A stretch of DNA of 64,000 bases from Candidatus Borrarchaeum weybense (GCA_019057385.1 JAHQJS010000006.1:645038-709037); one strand, 5' to 3'; shown: positions 36,783-47,670, numbered from the stretch's first letter. Translations and numbers: made by a program. The notes: generated by a model from the sequence alone, not told the origin.

Positions 36783-38780
36783 ATGAGTGAAGAAGTACTT
36801 CAAAAAAGCAAAGATGAAGAACCCCGAATTGGCGTTTACATTTGTCATTGTGGAAAGAACATAGCAGGAACAGTAGATAGCGAATCAGTTGCTGAATATG
36901 CAGCAAAATTACCAAATGTTGTAACTGCTAAGGATTATTTGTATACATGTTCTGAGCCTGGACAAAATATGATTCGGGATGATATCAAAGAACTTGGATT
37001 AAACCGCGTTGTTGTTGCGGCTTGTAGTCCAAAAATGCATGAAAATACCTTTAGAAAAACGATTACTGATTCTGGTCTAAATCCTTATGTTCTTGAAGTT
37101 GCAAATATTCGGGAGCAATGTAGCTGGTGTCATATGAATGAAAAAGAAAAAGCTACCGATAAAGCAAAGGACCTAGTACGTATGGCTGTTTTTAGAGCAA
37201 GCGACCTTGAACCACTAGAAAAGATGACTATACCTGTGGATAAATCAAGTTTAGTTATTGGCGGTGGAATTGCAGGAATCGAAACTGCGTTAGATATGGC
37301 TGATGCAGGCCTAAAGGTCTACTTAGTTGAGAGGGAGGTCAGCATTGGAGGAAAAATGGCGCAGTTAGACAAGACATTCCCAACACTCGACTGTTCTGCT
37401 TGTATTCTAACGCCAAAAATGGTTTCAGCATCTCGACATCCTAATATTACGCTTCTCACCTATTCTGAGGTAAAGCATGTAGATGGATATGTCGGAAATT
37501 TCAAGGTAACTGTTGAGAAAAAACCTCGCTATGTTGACATAGACGCTTGTACTGGGTGTGGCGAATGCGCCATTGTATGCCCAGTGAGAATTCCTAACGA
37601 ATTTGATATGAACCGCGGCAAGAGAGCGGCAATTGACGTTCCATTTCCTCAAGCAGTCCCGCTAAAATACGCGATTGATTCTGAGCACTGTCTTTACTTT
37701 AAAAACAAACTATGCACCACATGCAAACAGTTATGTCCTAAAAATGCCATAGATTACGATCAAGAGCCAGAAATAGTTGAATTAACTGTTGGTTCAATAG
37801 TAGTCGCCACGGGTTGCGATACCTTTGATGCTTCTAAGATCCCAGAACTAGGATATGAACGATATCCCAACGTCATTACGAATATGGACTTTGAACGGAT
37901 AGTTAATGCAGGCGGTCCGACGGAGGGCCACATCCTTAGACCTTCGGACAACAAGGAACCTAAGTCGGTAGCCTTTATTCAATGTGTAGGCGCACGAGAC
38001 GAAGAAAACGAATTGTACTGTTGCAGATATGGATGCATGGCTGCAATGAAGCAAGCGTATTTGTTAAAGGAGAAACTCGGACCTGACACAGATGTTTACA
38101 TCTGTTACATTGATCTCCGCTCCTTTGGTAAAGGATACGAAGAATTTTATCGAAAAATAAGGAACATGGGTGTCAAATTCATCAGAGGACAGCCATCTGA
38201 GATCTTACAAAATCCAGACGGATCACTAGTCTTCAATGTATACGATTCCAATATAGCTCGTCATATGGAAATAACTGTTGATATGGCTGTTCTTACCCTC
38301 GCATTAACACCACCTAAAGGAATTGATGAACTCCAACAAATCTTACGAATCTCAAGAGGTGCCGATGGTTACTTCCTAGAGGCCCACGTCAAATTACAGC
38401 CAGCAGAAACGCATACAAGAGGAATTATGCTTGCTGGAACTTGTATGGCACCTAGAGATATCACTGATACGGTATCACACGCAGCTAATGCTGCTGCCAA
38501 GGCAATTGATCTATTAGCTGCAGGTGAAGTTGAAATTGAACCGATTACTGCATGGGTTGACAAAGATATATGCAGTGGTTGTGGTGTGTGCCTTGATGTA
38601 TGTCCTTACTCTGCTATTAAAGGTGTTGATGTCGAAGGACACAGACGTGCGGAAGTAATTGATGCCCTGTGTACAGGTTGCGGCACATGTGGAGCTGCTT
38701 GTCCATCAAATGCAATAACAAATAGACATTATACTAGAAAACAACTGATGGATCAGGTAATAGCGGCTTTGGAGACTTAA
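36783..38780 (+). CDS. hdrA: Heterodisulfide reductase subunit A
   Basis: [37 protein letters not shown], several ferredoxin motifs. Confidence 0.95.
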   Translation: MSEEVLQKSKDEEPRIGVYICHCGKNIAGTVDSESVAEYAAKLPNVVTAKDYLYTCSEPGQNMIRDDIKELGLNRVVVAACSPKMHENTFRKTITDSGLNPYVLEVANIREQCSWCHMNEKEKATDKAKDLVRMAVFRASDLEPLEKMTIPVDKSSLVIGGGIAGIETALDMADAGLKVYLVEREVSIGGKMAQLDKTFPTLDCSACILTPKMVSASRHPNITLLTYSEVKHVDGYVGNFKVTVEKKPRYVDIDACTGCGECAIVCPVRIPNEFDMNRGKRAAIDVPFPQAVPLKYAIDSEHCLYFKNKLCTTCKQLCPKNAIDYDQEPEIVELTVGSIVVATGCDTFDASKIPELGYERYPNVITNMDFERIVNAGGPTEGHILRPSDNKEPKSVAFIQCVGARDEENELYCCRYGCMAAMKQAYLLKEKLGPDTDVYICYIDLRSFGKGYEEFYRKIRNMGVKFIRGQPSEILQNPDGSLVFNVYDSNIARHMEITVDMAVLTLALTPPKGIDELQQILRISRGADGYFLEAHVKLQPAETHTRGIMLAGTCMAPRDITDTVSHAANAAAKAIDLLAAGEVEIEPITAWVDKDICSGCGVCLDVCPYSAIKGVDVEGHRRAEVIDALCTGCGTCGAACPSNAITNRHYTRKQLMDQVIAALET

Positions 38781-38794
38781 AGGAGGAAAATGTC

Positions 38795-39247
38795 ATGACA
38801 GAAGCTGTTATGGTAAAAAAGGAAAAAATCGTAGAAAACTTTGAACCCAAGATCGTAGGTTTCCTTTGTAACTGGTGTTGCTATGGTGGCGCTGATATGG
38901 CTGGTCTTGGTAGAATGCAGTATCCGACTAACATTAGAATCATAAGAGTCATGTGCTCTGGACGCGTTGACCCTGAGTTTATTCTCGAAGCATTTCGAAG
39001 AGGAGCCGATGGTGTGTTCATCGGAGGATGCCACCTAGGAGATTGCCACTACGTCGAGGGCAATTACAGGACTCAAAGACGAGTTATTTTGCTCAAGGAG
39101 TACTTAAGTTCAATGAACATTAATCCAGAGCGTCTTCGTTTGGAGTGGGTTTCTGCTTCTGAGGGTGAGAAATTCACGAGAGTAGTAAAGGATTTCGTTA
39201 AAGTATTGAAGGAGTTAGGGCCCTTTGATGGCTCCGATAAAGAATAA
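38795..39247 (+). CDS. mvhD: Hydrogenase iron-sulfur subunit D
   Basis: [29 protein letters not shown]. Confidence 0.95.
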   Translation: MTEAVMVKKEKIVENFEPKIVGFLCNWCCYGGADMAGLGRMQYPTNIRIIRVMCSGRVDPEFILEAFRRGADGVFIGGCHLGDCHYVEGNYRTQRRVILLKEYLSSMNINPERLRLEWVSASEGEKFTRVVKDFVKVLKELGPFDGSDKE

Positions 39248-39396
39248 AGAAGTCACAAATTATCTGTAATGAACAATAATGATGAATGATGATATTTTGG
39301 CGTTCGTCATTAACAATAATGAAGATTTAAATAAACAAAACATGTTAATGAAAGGAAAAGAATGTGAAAAGGTAACATAATAATGAATGGAAGAGG

Positions 39397-40374
39397 TTGA
39401 TTTTTATGCCATTGAAAGTAGCTTTTTTGCAGCTTGCGAGCTGCTGGGGTTGTCATCAGAGTCTTGTGGACATGCATGAGAAACTCCTAGATGTAGTGCC
39501 CCACTTGGAAATTGTCCATTGGGCGGCTGTGGTCGACTACAAGTACAAAGACCTTGAAGCCCTTCCTGATGGAGAAATTGACATCGGTTTTGTCGAAGGC
39601 TGTAGCAGAACAGAAGAAGACGTGCATCATCTCAAAGTACTGCGGAAGAAATCAAAAGCGGTAATTGCATTCGGAACTTGCTCTTGTTTCGGTGGAGTTT
39701 ATGGCATGGCAAACTCATATTCAATTGAAGCTTGCAAAGAACGAAAATTCCTCACCGCAGATACAGTTGTTGAGGGAACAATCCCTACGCATGATGTACC
39801 TGATTTCGAACCATTCATCATTCCTAACGACGAGATAGTTCCAGTGGATCTTCATATCTGGGGATGTCCGCCCGAGACTGAAGTCATTCTCAAGGTCGTT
39901 GGTGGTGTTCTTGAACATGGACTCGGCACGGTTGTTAGCATCTTACAAGAGCACGGAGAAGAATACCTCTGGTCTGAGGTATTGGGGTTCCCGGTGAAAA
40001 CTCAATGTGATGAATGTGAGCGTACTCGTGAGGAGAAAAAACTTACAGTGATAAAACGAGATTTCGAAGGCATTCCTGACCCAGAAAAATGCCTTCTAGA
40101 ACAAGGTTACATTTGTATGGGTCCTGCCACTCGTGCGGGATGTGGTGTGAGATGTCCGAACGCTGGTGTACCTTGTACTGGATGCTGGGGTCCTGCGCCT
40201 AACGTCAGAGATCAAGGATCTAAGATGATGAGTGCATTAGCTAGTATTTGTAAAGATATTGACCCTGAAGATTTCCGGAAAATGGTGCCTGATACTGTAG
40301 GAACATTTTACAAGTTCTTTTTAGCTAAAGCACTCCTCCCACGTATGGTAAAAGAAAAGAGTATGGAGGTATAA
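39397..40374 (+). CDS. vhuG: F420-non-reducing [NiFe(Se)] hydrogenase small subunit
   Basis: SCWGC, GTCSCFGG, GCPP, CMGPATRAGC. Confidence 0.92.
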   Translation: MIFMPLKVAFLQLASCWGCHQSLVDMHEKLLDVVPHLEIVHWAAVVDYKYKDLEALPDGEIDIGFVEGCSRTEEDVHHLKVLRKKSKAVIAFGTCSCFGGVYGMANSYSIEACKERKFLTADTVVEGTIPTHDVPDFEPFIIPNDEIVPVDLHIWGCPPETEVILKVVGGVLEHGLGTVVSILQEHGEEYLWSEVLGFPVKTQCDECERTREEKKLTVIKRDFEGIPDPEKCLLEQGYICMGPATRAGCGVRCPNAGVPCTGCWGPAPNVRDQGSKMMSALASICKDIDPEDFRKMVPDTVGTFYKFFLAKALLPRMVKEKSMEV

Positions 40375-40379
40375 GAAAT

Positions 40380-41687
40380 ATGCCTACAATTAAGATCGAA
40401 CCCGTAACACGGTTGGAAGGACATTTAAATGTAACAATAGAATTAACAGATGATGGGAAAGTAAAAGATGCGCAAGCACGGGTGACACTTACACGTTTCT
40501 TCGAAAAGTTTTTGGAAGGTCGCTTGATGGAACATGCGCCTCGTATTGTGCCACGTATCTGTGGTATTTGCCCTGAAGCACATCACTTAGCTTCTATAAA
40601 GGCAGTAGAGGACGCATGGGATATTACACCCCCCATTGCTGCCCACAAACTACGAGAACTTCTACTTCAAGCTAAAATGATTTCAAGTCATGCAATCCAC
40701 TTTTATGCTTTGGCAGCGCCTGACTTTATCTTTGGTCCATTTGCAGATCCAGCAGTGCGCAACTTGATTGGCATTATTCAGAATATGCCTGAAGAAGCAA
40801 AGAAGGCTATTGAGCTCATGCGATTCGGACAAGACCTCTGTCATACAATCGGAGGTAGAGCTGTACATCCAGTTACTGCAATCCCAGGAGGACAATCCTA
40901 TCGATTTTCAGAAGAATCACGGGACGAATACTTAAAGAGAGTGGATCGTATCATCGAGTTATGCGAATGGAGTCTTGAACTCGGGAAAAAAGTAACAACT
41001 GATTATCTTGATGTTGCGACAAAGGTTGGGGTGCTCCCAACGCATTATGTTGGTCTGGCAAATAATGGAGTTCATAGTTACTTTGATGGAACAGTGCGCG
41101 TAATGAACCCCGAAGGCAAAATTGTCGAGGATTTCAAACCACAAGACTACAAGGACTACATGGGCGAATATGTGACCGATCACAGTTACACAACACATGT
41201 CTTCTACAAACCCGCTGGCTACCCTGCAGGAATTTGGAGAGCAAACACCTTAGCTAGAATCAATGTTGTTGACAAAATGGAAACACCGATAGCACAAAAA
41301 GAATTGGAACTCTTCAGAGAAACTTTAGGACGTCCAAGTCACCATACATTTGCATATCACTGGGCCCGTCTCATCGAGATGCTTGAATCTGCAGAAAAAA
41401 CTAAGATCCTATTGGAAGATCCAGATATCGTCAGCACAGATATTAAATTAGCCGATATCGAGCCCAAAGAAGGCGAAGGTGTAGGTATTGTTGAAGCACC
41501 TCGCGGAACGCTTACCCACAACTATTGGTCTGATGCGAACGGAGTAATAACGAAAGCTAATCTCATTGTAGCGACGAACCACAATCTCCACGCAATTGAA
41601 GTCGGATTAAAACAACTGGCTAAGAAAGTTTTCGAAGAAGGAATCGTAAACGAACTTAAATTACCAGAGCCTATGGTCAAAACATAA
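40380..41687 (+). CDS. vhuA: Hydrogenase large subunit lacking the C-terminal CxxC (split type)
   Basis: TRLEGH, RICGIC, EAPRG; no DPCxxC at the end. Confidence 0.92.
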   Translation: MPTIKIEPVTRLEGHLNVTIELTDDGKVKDAQARVTLTRFFEKFLEGRLMEHAPRIVPRICGICPEAHHLASIKAVEDAWDITPPIAAHKLRELLLQAKMISSHAIHFYALAAPDFIFGPFADPAVRNLIGIIQNMPEEAKKAIELMRFGQDLCHTIGGRAVHPVTAIPGGQSYRFSEESRDEYLKRVDRIIELCEWSLELGKKVTTDYLDVATKVGVLPTHYVGLANNGVHSYFDGTVRVMNPEGKIVEDFKPQDYKDYMGEYVTDHSYTTHVFYKPAGYPAGIWRANTLARINVVDKMETPIAQKELELFRETLGRPSHHTFAYHWARLIEMLESAEKTKILLEDPDIVSTDIKLADIEPKEGEGVGIVEAPRGTLTHNYWSDANGVITKANLIVATNHNLHAIEVGLKQLAKKVFEEGIVNELKLPEPMVKT

Positions 41688-41755
41688 ACAAAGAGAGGAC
41701 GAAGTACAAGAGAGAAATTAAAATTATTAATGAAAATTTAAAGAGAGGCGATTAT

Positions 41756-41905
41756 ATGGTTGAAATTGATGAGAAACTTCTTAACCTGTTCGAAATGTTA
41801 ATACGCTGTTATGACTGTTGAATAGCTTGTAGTGCTCATCTCATTGTCAAAGATGAGAAGGGTAACGTACTTGCAAAGAAGGATATGGTCATTGCAACAG
41901 GATGA
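41756..41905 (+). CDS. vhuU: Selenoprotein VhuU (not in ORF track)
   Basis: MVEIDEKLLNLFEMLIRCYDC-U-IACSAH...; in-frame TGA 41819-41821 at the Ni-ligand position missing from vhuA. Confidence 0.92.
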
Positions 41906-42037
41906 TCTGATCGACAAAAAAGTATGAAGTCGACAGGAACTGGGCCCATATGCGGGGCTTACATATCCTTTCCTTCTAATTAATTTACACTTTAAGTTCA
42001 TTTATTCACATATTCAAACTACAGGAGGCTGTTCCCC

Positions 42038-42556
42038 CTGTCACCACAAGTATTAGAGACAAAAAAAGCTGACCCAAAAGCATTAGAAAAAATTCGCCAA
42101 GCTGTAGGCGAGGCAGAGCCTGGTTATTGTTACCAGTGCATAAAATGTACTAGCGGATGTCCTATTTCTAGGCAGTTAGACGGTTTCAACCCACATGTTT
42201 TTGTGGCAATGGCAAAAATGGGATTTATCGACGAGCTTATCAATGATAAAACTATCTGGGCTTGCGTATGGTGTATGACTTGTAAGGAAAGATGTCCTCA
42301 AGACGTTTCACCAATGGAGGTTATCAGATCACTCACTCAACTCGCATTTGAACGAGGTATTGAACCTCCTACAATAGGTTTGAAATCCCAATTTGGAAAT
42401 ATCATTACAACTGGTTTTGCAAGAGATTTTACATGGGTTGAAGGAGAACGTGAGGATATAGATGATCTTCCCGAGTTACCGAAACCTCGTCTGGATAAAA
42501 TAAAAGCAATGTTGAAAAAGACTTCCCTAGCAAGGTGGATGGAAAAGGAGGAATAA
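42038..42556 (+). CDS. hdrC: Heterodisulfide reductase subunit C, probable CTG start
   Basis: CYQCIKCTSGCP lies upstream of track start 42203 in frame; second motif CVWCMTCKERCP; AGGAGG SD; in-frame stop at 41993 with no ATG/GTG/TTG before the first motif. Confidence 0.85.
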   Translation: MSPQVLETKKADPKALEKIRQAVGEAEPGYCYQCIKCTSGCPISRQLDGFNPHVFVAMAKMGFIDELINDKTIWACVWCMTCKERCPQDVSPMEVIRSLTQLAFERGIEPPTIGLKSQFGNIITTGFARDFTWVEGEREDIDDLPELPKPRLDKIKAMLKKTSLARWMEKEE

Positions 42557-42558
42557 AC

Positions 42559-43443
42559 ATGGATTTGGCACTTTATTTAGGTTGCACAGTACCTACCTAT
42601 GGCTATGACTATGAACTAGCAATACGCAAAGTTTTACCAAAATTTGATATTAATTTGATTGACCTTCCTGAAGCTGGCTGTTGTGGTCTTCCATTTGGAG
42701 ATCTTGATAGTCTTGCATGGTTGACGATGAGTGCAAGAAATATGGCTCTCGCAGAAGAAAAGAATCTGGATATTCTTGCTCTATGTAATGGATGCTACTT
42801 ATCTCTGGAAGAAGTAAAACATTTCCTAGCAGAAGATCCAGAACTTAAGGAGCAAGTAAATCAGTTACTTGCCGAAGAGGATTTAGAATACAAAGGAACT
42901 AACGGCAACTATTTAGTTCTAGAGATTCTACATGACGTAATTGGTCTTGAAAAGATAAAACAGTCCGTCACAAAACCATTGACTGGTTTTAGAATTGCAG
43001 CCCACTATGGATGCCATGCAATACGACCAAGCAAACTACCAGGACGCCCTGACGATTCAGAAACCCCCATAAAGATGGAACGAATTCTTGAAGCCATAGG
43101 TGCAGATACAATGGATTATCCTGAACGACTTGCGTGTTGCGGAACGAAAGAATATTCATATGATCCGGAAATCACATTAAAACTTGGATATTCAAAACTC
43201 AAAGCCATAAAAGAATATGGATTCGATGGCCTCGCAACAATTTGTCCTCTTTGTCAATACGTCTACGATTATAGCCAAGGATCGATGGCCGCCACATTTA
43301 AGACCCAGATACAAGTTCCCGTACTCTACTTAATCCAATGGATGGGGCTTGCCATGGAAATGGATCCCGAAGAAGATCTTGGATTAGAATTCATGATTCA
43401 CACAAGTCCAGTGGAACCTATTCTTGAAAAACTGCAGATTTAA
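42559..43443 (+). CDS. hdrB: Heterodisulfide reductase subunit B
   Basis: YLGC, GCCG, CNGC, HYGCH, ACCG, CPLC (CCG domains). Confidence 0.93.
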   Translation: MDLALYLGCTVPTYGYDYELAIRKVLPKFDINLIDLPEAGCCGLPFGDLDSLAWLTMSARNMALAEEKNLDILALCNGCYLSLEEVKHFLAEDPELKEQVNQLLAEEDLEYKGTNGNYLVLEILHDVIGLEKIKQSVTKPLTGFRIAAHYGCHAIRPSKLPGRPDDSETPIKMERILEAIGADTMDYPERLACCGTKEYSYDPEITLKLGYSKLKAIKEYGFDGLATICPLCQYVYDYSQGSMAATFKTQIQVPVLYLIQWMGLAMEMDPEEDLGLEFMIHTSPVEPILEKLQI

Positions 43444-43461
43444 TTATTGGGAGGACTAAAT

Positions 43462-44019
43462 ATGCCGATTACCATCACGTATGATGAAAAACGCATTTTT
43501 ATAATGTTGGACGATTTGTATTACTGGTCGGGTGCAATGGGTTCACATCCAGGACATATTTGGATGTCAACATATATAATTCCCAAAATTAGAGTTGGTA
43601 TCGATGATTTTGGTGTGTATGAAGCAGGTGAGATTAAGTATATACGCCTTCCCTCTGAAGCTGGCGGCGAAGTTAAGCAAGGAAAAGTCTTTGGAACATT
43701 AGAGGCTGGTAAATATGTTGGACCACTTATTTCACCCATTAGTGGTAAGATCGTTGAAGTAAACCAAAAAATCAAAGAACAGCCTTTACTCTTGAATGAA
43801 GATTGCTATGACGAAGGCTGGCTCATAAAAGTTGAACCATCTAATTTGGACGAAGAAATTAAGAACCCGAACATAATTTATAGCGAAAAGGCGATTGAAG
43901 AATGGATGAAAGGCGAATTTGAAAAATTTAAAGTTGCAGGAACCGTACGTGTTGTTAACCGAACAGAATACGGTGCATGGAAAATAATAGCACGCGAAGA
44001 AAGCAGAAGAAAGGCATAA
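43462..44019 (+). CDS. GcvH/LbpA-like lipoyl carrier protein
   Basis: RVGIDDF, LEAGKYVGP, PISGKIVEVN, DCYDEGW; GGAGG SD favours ATG 43462. Confidence 0.85.
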   Translation: MPITITYDEKRIFIMLDDLYYWSGAMGSHPGHIWMSTYIIPKIRVGIDDFGVYEAGEIKYIRLPSEAGGEVKQGKVFGTLEAGKYVGPLISPISGKIVEVNQKIKEQPLLLNEDCYDEGWLIKVEPSNLDEEIKNPNIIYSEKAIEEWMKGEFEKFKVAGTVRVVNRTEYGAWKIIAREESRRKA

Positions 44020-44280
44020 AAGCCACATAAAGCGCCTTCCAACCTCTTGTTTCATAACTATTTTTTTGCTTTTTTGAGTAATTCTTGACTTCTTTTTAAC
44101 ATAATTTATTTGATATTCACTATTTCAGAATGTAATCTAAAAAAATGTAATTTTCTTAACCTCGTTGCTTTCGGTAAGTCGACAAAAATTTCATTTGCGG
44201 AGAGTTTTTCTAGTTCTGCGTAGAGTTTGCCCAGAAAATTTTAAATCTTAAACCTAGACTAAGTATTTAACCACAATAAA

Positions 44281-45159
44281 ATGGGGTACACCTCTGTGTT
44301 GACGTTTGAGATTGAGATGTTTCGCTTGGATAGTGAAGGTGAACTCACCCCAATCAACTTGGATAAAAAAGAATTAAAAAGCAAAGACGTTTTACTGATT
44401 GCAGACGAGTCAACAAAAACCCTTTGGCTTTGGAAAGGCTCTAAAATAGATGTCAGGAAAAAATTCTTAAGTGCACGGGCAGCAGTTCAATTAAATACCC
44501 AAAAGGGACGAAAATTCAAGTCTGCCGCTATTGAAGAGGGAACTGAGCCTGAAGAATTTTTTAACCTCTTTAGTAAGACAAATGTCAGAAAATCTACTTC
44601 TAAAAAAGCTTCTAATTCAAGTATTAGAAAATCGAAGAAATCTAAATCTGAAGCCTCACTAACTTCTACAGATAATAATACCCCTACGATTAAAGAAACG
44701 ATTCCCCCTCAAGAAATACACCCTAAGAATGTACATTTAGTGCAAGAAAATAAAGAATCCTCTAATAACTTAACTCTTAAAATGGAAGAACTCGATGATC
44801 TCTTTGGCAAAATACCTGAAGGTTATGATAGAGGATATGTTATTATTGGAAACGATATCTATGGTTTGGTTGTAAGTAAGAGTACATTTCTTGGCACTGA
44901 AACAATTGACAAGAGTTTTCAAAAATTAACTGATGCCAAAGATGGACATTTCATTATCGAAGGCTACCTTCCACGCGTTGTAATAAAGGATAACAAAGTA
45001 AAAGCTATTGAACTCATTAAAAAACCTGAAACTCGCAGGGAAGGAGACGAAGTTGAAGATGTTAAAGCTTTAAAAGAAGAAGTCCTTGCTGAAAAGGATT
45101 TTATGAAAACTGATGATGAAGAAACTCTTGTTGTGTATGTCAATCCGCTTTTCAGATAA
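44281..45159 (+). CDS. Gelsolin-like domain protein
   Basis: LKSKDVLLI...LWLWKG...KF...IEEGTEPEEFFNLF. Confidence 0.75.
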   Translation: MGYTSVLTFEIEMFRLDSEGELTPINLDKKELKSKDVLLIADESTKTLWLWKGSKIDVRKKFLSARAAVQLNTQKGRKFKSAAIEEGTEPEEFFNLFSKTNVRKSTSKKASNSSIRKSKKSKSEASLTSTDNNTPTIKETIPPQEIHPKNVHLVQENKESSNNLTLKMEELDDLFGKIPEGYDRGYVIIGNDIYGLVVSKSTFLGTETIDKSFQKLTDAKDGHFIIEGYLPRVVIKDNKVKAIELIKKPETRREGDEVEDVKALKEEVLAEKDFMKTDDEETLVVYVNPLFR

Positions 45160-45477
45160 TCTTATTTGTTTCATTTTTTAATTCGATTATCGCCCACTTA
45201 CTTTTTATTGTTTGACTCAAGCCAATTTTGTGTTGGAATAATATCAGTTTTAAGCAGTCACTTATGAATTGATCCAGTTGGGGATACTATTTTACAGACT
45301 ATAGTGAATTAACTGAAAATTATATTCGAACTAGGTAATAGTCTTCTAACTAAATCAATTTCATAACACCCGTTTTTTAAAGGAGTTATTGAATATACAA
45401 ATTGAGGCTCTTCGAAAAATTCTTTGTAGTTTTAAGGAATTTGAAAAAATGAATAAACACATAAAATAAAATATAAT

Positions 45478-46935
45478 ATGATGCGAACTGAGGGAGAAAG
45501 AATGGACAAAGAAACTAACCTTACGAGGTCAAAGATAGTAGCGACTATAGGACCGGCTTCTGATTCTGAGGAGACACTTATTGAGATGATTGAAGCGGGG
45601 ATGGATGTTGCAAGACTAAATTTCTCACATGGTACTCATCAAGATCACATTGAACGGTTTGATCTGATAAGAAGTATTTCTGATATCGCCATTATGTTTG
45701 ATATTTCAGGACCTAAGATGAGAACAGGTGAAATGGAAAAAGGTAAGGAGTCAGTATATCTTAGTCTAGGAGATAATTTCACTTTAACAACCCGAGATGT
45801 ATTAGGGAATGAATCAATAACCTCAGTTTCTTACAAAGATCTTTCGTATGATGTTAATATAGGAGATATGATTTTTCTCAATGATGGTATTATTGGGCTT
45901 CGTGTTGTCTCGATCGATGATAAGGATGTTCATTGCCAGATTGAATCTGGTGGAGTGTTAAGCGCAAGAAAAGGCGTTAATATCCCAGATGTTCATCTTA
46001 CAATTGATATTCCTACACCAAAAGACATAGCGGATATGAAAATTGCGGCAAAACTTGTTTCAGATTATTTAGCGGTTTCTTTTGTGAGAACACCAGAAGA
46101 AATGCTAAAAGTCAGAGAAATACTGCAAGACGAGGGAGTAGAGATTCCACTCATTGCAAAGATTGAACATTCAATTGGCCTAAAAAACTTTGACGCAATT
46201 TTGGAAGTAGCTGATGGAATAATGGTAGCTAGGGGTGATCTAGGGGTAGAGATACCACCAGAACGTGTTCCCTTAGTTCAAAAGGATATCATCCACAAAT
46301 GTAATCGCTACGGGAAACCTGTAATTACAGCTACACAAATGCTAGAGTCAATGACGTCAAATCCACGCCCTACAAGAGCAGAAGCGAGTGATGTTGCAAA
46401 TGCAGTATTAGATGGAACTGATGCTGTTATGCTTTCGGGTGAAACAGCAGTAGGTGATTATCCGGTTGAGTCTGTAAAGACTATGGAACGAATAGCAAAA
46501 AATGCAGAAGGCTCAATGCCCTACAGAGATCCTGACTATTACGACCATGGTCACGAAGATGTGGCTGAGGTGATTGGACACGTCATTCATACAATTACCA
46601 AAGAAATGGATGTAGCAGCAATAATAACAGTAACGACTGGAGGTTTTACTGCGCGTATGATTTCCAAATATCGGCCTAAAAAAAGCATAATAGCGATCAC
46701 ACAAGATGAACGCGTTATGAGACAACTCAGACTTCTGTGGGGAGTATATCCATTAAACAAAGAAATTCAAACTGATGATGCGTCAAAGTTAATATATAGT
46801 TCTTTAAAGGCGGTTTACGATGCAGGTTTGCTTTCTAAAGATGATACGGCTGTTATCGCTTGCGGGTCAGTTCTTGTACCCGGAAAGACGAATTTAATTG
46901 GCATCTACGAACTTGGCGCGGTCATGAAATATTAG
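45478..46935 (+). CDS. pyk: Pyruvate kinase
   Basis: KIVATIGP, RLNFSHG, MVARGDLG, ATQMLESM, PTRAE, MLSGETA. Confidence 0.97.
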   Translation: MMRTEGERMDKETNLTRSKIVATIGPASDSEETLIEMIEAGMDVARLNFSHGTHQDHIERFDLIRSISDIAIMFDISGPKMRTGEMEKGKESVYLSLGDNFTLTTRDVLGNESITSVSYKDLSYDVNIGDMIFLNDGIIGLRVVSIDDKDVHCQIESGGVLSARKGVNIPDVHLTIDIPTPKDIADMKIAAKLVSDYLAVSFVRTPEEMLKVREILQDEGVEIPLIAKIEHSIGLKNFDAILEVADGIMVARGDLGVEIPPERVPLVQKDIIHKCNRYGKPVITATQMLESMTSNPRPTRAEASDVANAVLDGTDAVMLSGETAVGDYPVESVKTMERIAKNAEGSMPYRDPDYYDHGHEDVAEVIGHVIHTITKEMDVAAIITVTTGGFTARMISKYRPKKSIIAITQDERVMRQLRLLWGVYPLNKEIQTDDASKLIYSSLKAVYDAGLLSKDDTAVIACGSVLVPGKTNLIGIYELGAVMKY

Positions 46936-47061
46936 AGAAATCTCCTTTATGAAATTAATTTCTTTTTGTATACATCGATCTACTTTAGTATACTATGTAT
47001 TGAAAGACACATAATTACAATTTAAAAAGAAAATTCGTTTTTCTTAAGTTAGTTAATTAGG

Positions 47062-47619
47062 TTATGTCTGATTTAGTTTCTCCATTGCCTCTATTATATC
47101 TTGAAATCTTTTTTTGGTGTCCTTGTTCACATATATAACTACAACACCCTGATCAGGTTGTCCATAGAGGACAATTGAACCATTTGGGGCAAGCATGGTA
47201 GCAGGAATTGCAAGGAGGTCTTCTTCGCCATCAACATAGAGCCGTATTGGTATTTTCTCTTTTTGAAAAAGACTAGTTAATAAAGGCCAAATTTCTTTTT
47301 TAATAACTCCGGCTGGATTTGCTATAGAGTAATCACATTTGACAACTTGTGATGGAGATAAAGCTCTTCTTTTAGTTTTAAAATCTATTATAATAATATC
47401 TGGTATTACCCCAGCTTCAAGTAAAGTTGATGACACAACATCTCCTACTGTGACTATTTTTTTCGTTAACAACCTTACTTGATTAGCCATTTCAGTTATC
47501 TTTTCTATAAAACTTGAGTTGTCTGAACGAATTAATTGCCCTAAAGGACGTTGAAGAGTCTTACGTAAGTGTAACGGCACTTTTAAATCTGTTGATATGT
47601 AAAAAAGACACACCTCCAA
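47062..47619 (-). CDS. GTP-dependent dephospho-CoA kinase (DUF359)
   Basis: TVGDVV, DFKTKR, NPAG, VDGEEDL, YGQP. Confidence 0.9.
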   Translation of the reverse strand: MEVCLFYISTDLKVPLHLRKTLQRPLGQLIRSDNSSFIEKITEMANQVRLLTKKIVTVGDVVSSTLLEAGVIPDIIIIDFKTKRRALSPSQVVKCDYSIANPAGVIKKEIWPLLTSLFQKEKIPIRLYVDGEEDLLAIPATMLAPNGSIVLYGQPDQGVVVIYVNKDTKKRFQDIIEAMEKLNQT

Positions 47620-47670
47620 ATAGAAACTGCCAAGTGATGAATTGACTATAAACGGGTTTTATTTATCACA

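Noticed and set aside
39101-39110. TACTTAAGTT in mvhD and similar near-matches in host genes
   Set aside because: Imperfect, inside conserved coding sequence, and expected by chance.
40380-41687. Hydrogenase large subunit as a truncated pseudogene
   Set aside because: The missing C-terminal ligands are supplied by the separate vhuU gene.
41903-41905. Second TGA of vhuU as another Sec
   Set aside because: Length already fits VhuU and the read-through peptide shows no motif.
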